A stretch of DNA of 64,000 bases, taken from NCBI GenBank assembly GCA_963725965.1, contig CAVSAK010000009.1, positions 78,290-142,289 of the forward strand. Direction: 5' to 3'. Source of the stretch: an uncultured Actinomycetes bacterium (GTDB lineage: Bacteria; Actinomycetota; Thermoleophilia; Gaiellales; Gaiellaceae). Under the pieces are notes generated by a model. It was not told the origin of the DNA, made no database searches, and saw nothing but the letters and a program-made list of their open reading frames with translations. This document shows, one piece after another, positions 62,175-64,000 of this stretch (position 1 is its first letter; every line of letters starts with the position of its first letter). The position numbers were made by a program, and so were the translations under genes.

Positions 62175-63290
62175 GTGAGAACGCTCACCCGGATCGCGGC
62201 CTCCGCCGGCGCGCTCGCGCTCGTCACCGGCGCCATCGAGCTGCTGAAGGGCCACGTGCCCGTACTCAGCCTGTCCGTGCTCTACCTGCTCGCGATCATC
62301 CCCGTCGCGGTCGCATGGGGAATCGTCTATGCCGTCGGCACGGCGGTCGGGAGCATGCTCGCGTTCAACTTCTTCTTCCTCCCGCCGCTCTACACGCTGA
62401 CGATCAACGACTCGCGCAACTGGTTCGCGCTGCTGGTCTTCCTCGTCACCGCCGTCGTCGTCAGCGAGCTCGCGACCCGTTCCAGGGGGCGCGCCGAGGA
62501 GGCCGAAGCCGCGCTCCAGGTGCTGCGGGAGCTGACCGAGGAACGCGAGCGGCTGGCCGCGGAAGCGCTCGACGCCGAGGCGTTGCGGCGCAGCGACGCG
62601 ATGAAGACGGCGGTGCTTCGAGCCGTCAGCCACGACCTGCGCTCGCCGCTGATGGCGATCCTCACCTCCGCGGGAGCGCTCGCCCACGGTGAGCTCTCGT
62701 TGGCGGCGGCGGATCGTCACGAACTCGTCGAGACCATCCTCGTCGAGGCGGAGCGACTCGACCGAATCGTGCGGAACCTACTCGACCTCTCACGGCTGCA
62801 GGCCGGAGCGGCCGCGCCGGAGCCGCGCGACTGGCCCGTCGACGACCTGGTCCTCCAGGCACTCGACGGAGTCGAGGCAGGAAGCCGGGTGGAGGTCGTG
62901 CTGCCCGAGGACGACTCGCCACTCGTCCGCGCCGACTTCCACCAGGCAGAGCGCGTCGTCGCGAATCTCGTCGAGAATGCGCTTCGCTACTCCCCTCCCG
63001 ACGAACCGGTGCGCGTACAGGTGCGGGAGACGGGATCGGAGGTGCTGGTGCGTGTCGTCGACCACGGCCCGGGGATTCCGTCCGGAGAGGCCGACCGTAT
63101 CTTCGAGCCGTTTCAGCGTGGTTCGCTCCGCATTCCGGCACGCGGCGCCGGCCTCGGGCTCGCGATCGCGCGCGGCTTCGCGGAGGCGAACGGCGGCCGC
63201 GTGTGGGTCGAGTCCCACCAGGGACAGGGCGCTACGTTCGTACTTTCGCTCCCGGTCGCGCGCGGCGCCCGCGTGCAAGTTTCGGCGTGA
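62175..63290 (+). CDS. Sensor histidine kinase, KdpD C-terminal type (DUF4118-HisKA-HATPase) without the KdpD N-terminal sensor
   Basis: DUF4118-like TM block (LLAIIPVAVAWG...FNFFFLPP), H-box AVSHDLRSPL, N-box NLVENALRYS, and G-boxes DHGPGI and GAGLGLAI. Confidence 0.85.
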   Translation: MRTLTRIAASAGALALVTGAIELLKGHVPVLSLSVLYLLAIIPVAVAWGIVYAVGTAVGSMLAFNFFFLPPLYTLTINDSRNWFALLVFLVTAVVVSELATRSRGRAEEAEAALQVLRELTEERERLAAEALDAEALRRSDAMKTAVLRAVSHDLRSPLMAILTSAGALAHGELSLAAADRHELVETILVEAERLDRIVRNLLDLSRLQAGAAAPEPRDWPVDDLVLQALDGVEAGSRVEVVLPEDDSPLVRADFHQAERVVANLVENALRYSPPDEPVRVQVRETGSEVLVRVVDHGPGIPSGEADRIFEPFQRGSLRIPARGAGLGLAIARGFAEANGGRVWVESHQGQGATFVLSLPVARGARVQVSA

Positions 63291-63971
63291 GCGGTGCCCG
63301 CGTCCTCGTCGTGGACGACGAACCGCAGATCCTGCGGGCCTTGCGGACGAGCCTGCGCGGCGCGGGCTACGAGGTCGACACGGCCGAGACTGCCGAGGCG
63401 GCGCTCGCGGCGGCCGCACTGCGACCGCCCGAAGCCGTCGTCCTCGATCTCGTCCTCCCCGACGGAACCGGAACGGACGTAGCGCGCGAGCTCCGCAGCT
63501 GGTCGAGCGCGCCGATCATCGTCCTCTCCGCGGTCGGCGACGAGCACGAGAAGGTCGCCGCTCTGGACGCCGGCGCCGACGACTACGTGACGAAGCCCGT
63601 CGGGATCGACGAGCTCCTCGCACGCCTGCGCGCCGTCCTCCGCCGGACCACTCCGAACGGCGATCCGGTGATCGAGCTCGGCGAGCTCGTCGTCGATCTG
63701 GCGAACCGCGACGGTGCGGATGGAGGGGAAATCGGTGCACCTGACGCCGCACCAGTTCGACCTGCTGCGCGTGCTTGCTCTCAACGCCGGCAAGCTGCTC
63801 ACGCAGCGCCAGCTCTTGCAGGAGGTCTGGGGTCCCGGCTACGTCGGCGCGGCCAATCTCCTGCAGGTGAACGTCTCCCAGCTCCGCCGCAAGATCGAGC
63901 CGGACCGCGCGAAGCCGCGCTACCTCCTGACCGAGACCGGCGCCGGCTACCGGCTTGTGGCGCCCGCCTAG
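63287..63971 (+). pseudogene. KdpE/OmpR-type response regulator interrupted by a 1-nt frameshift near 63710
   Basis: The receiver domain (VLVVDDEPQILR...DLVLPDGTG...DAGADDYVTKP) reads in the frame of GTG 63287 up to ...VVDLANR. The wHTH output (TVRMEGKSVHLTPHQFDLLRVL...WGPGY...TETGAGYRLV, stop at 63969-63971) is in the +1 frame, which is open from 63672. Confidence 0.75.
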
Positions 63972-64000
63972 CTTCTTCAGGGAATCGTCAGGCCGCGGCC

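Noticed and set aside
59745-62720. A 991-aa ORF antisense to the hppA gene. Similar very long alternative-frame or antisense ORFs include 37665-40640 (-), 16810-18330 (-), 19757-21058 (-), 3374-4663 (+) and 8837-10570 (+).
   Set aside because: Their translations are dominated by Arg/Ala/Pro/Gly runs with no motifs. They overlap genes that have unmistakable family signatures. This is the expected stop-codon-poor artefact of very high GC. Only the terminal parts of some (HIT, era, cdd and others) are real genes in that frame.
1-64000. CRISPR arrays, rRNA genes, insertion sequences, prophage genes.
   Set aside because: No regularly spaced direct repeats, no rRNA-like conserved stretches, and no transposase, integrase, capsid or terminase signatures were seen in any ORF translation.

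Overview
This is a very GC-rich, densely packed bacterial chromosome segment with an actinobacterial-type gene order. The order runs hemW(partial)-hrcA-dnaJ-prmA-mtaB, phoH-ybeY-dgkA-cdd-era, deoC plus aldehyde dehydrogenases, pfk, polA, rpsA-coaE, uvrB, uvrA, panB-panC, greA, tsaE-tsaB-rimI-tsaD, gdhA, rex and hppA. I support about 70 protein genes and one tRNA-Leu(CAA). I see no rRNA, CRISPR array, transposase or integrase. Many long alternative-frame or antisense ORFs in the track are Arg/Ala/Pro-rich GC artefacts. Housekeeping blocks are interrupted by accessory material. This includes a RES/Xre toxin-antitoxin pair beside the tRNA, a block of about 4 kb between polA and rpsA, a repeat-built secreted protein between uvrB and uvrA, and a SARP/STAND regulator with a BBE-type oxidase and a polytopic membrane protein. 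The most notable observations are: (1) A 70-nt intergenic element is present three times, always spanning from a TGA to the next start codon. (2) Three well-supported genes have no ATG/GTG/TTG start and instead have a CTG inside a CTGA stop-start overlap; a fourth gene has no canonical start at all. (3) An ~820-aa secreted protein combines 5 Cys-bearing FN3-like repeats, 2 InlB-B-repeat-like modules and a PASTA tail, and a decayed copy of its last ~95 nt lies upstream. (4) A KdpE-like response regulator is split by a 1-nt frameshift. (5) Two paralogs look like domain-loss or degenerate forms (an ALDH without its catalytic domain, and an IGPS-like barrel). (6) Clear palindromic operator/promoter architectures precede the toxin-antitoxin (TA) pair and a small membrane-protein/wHTH operon. 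All functional calls come from motif recognition by eye; no database search was run.
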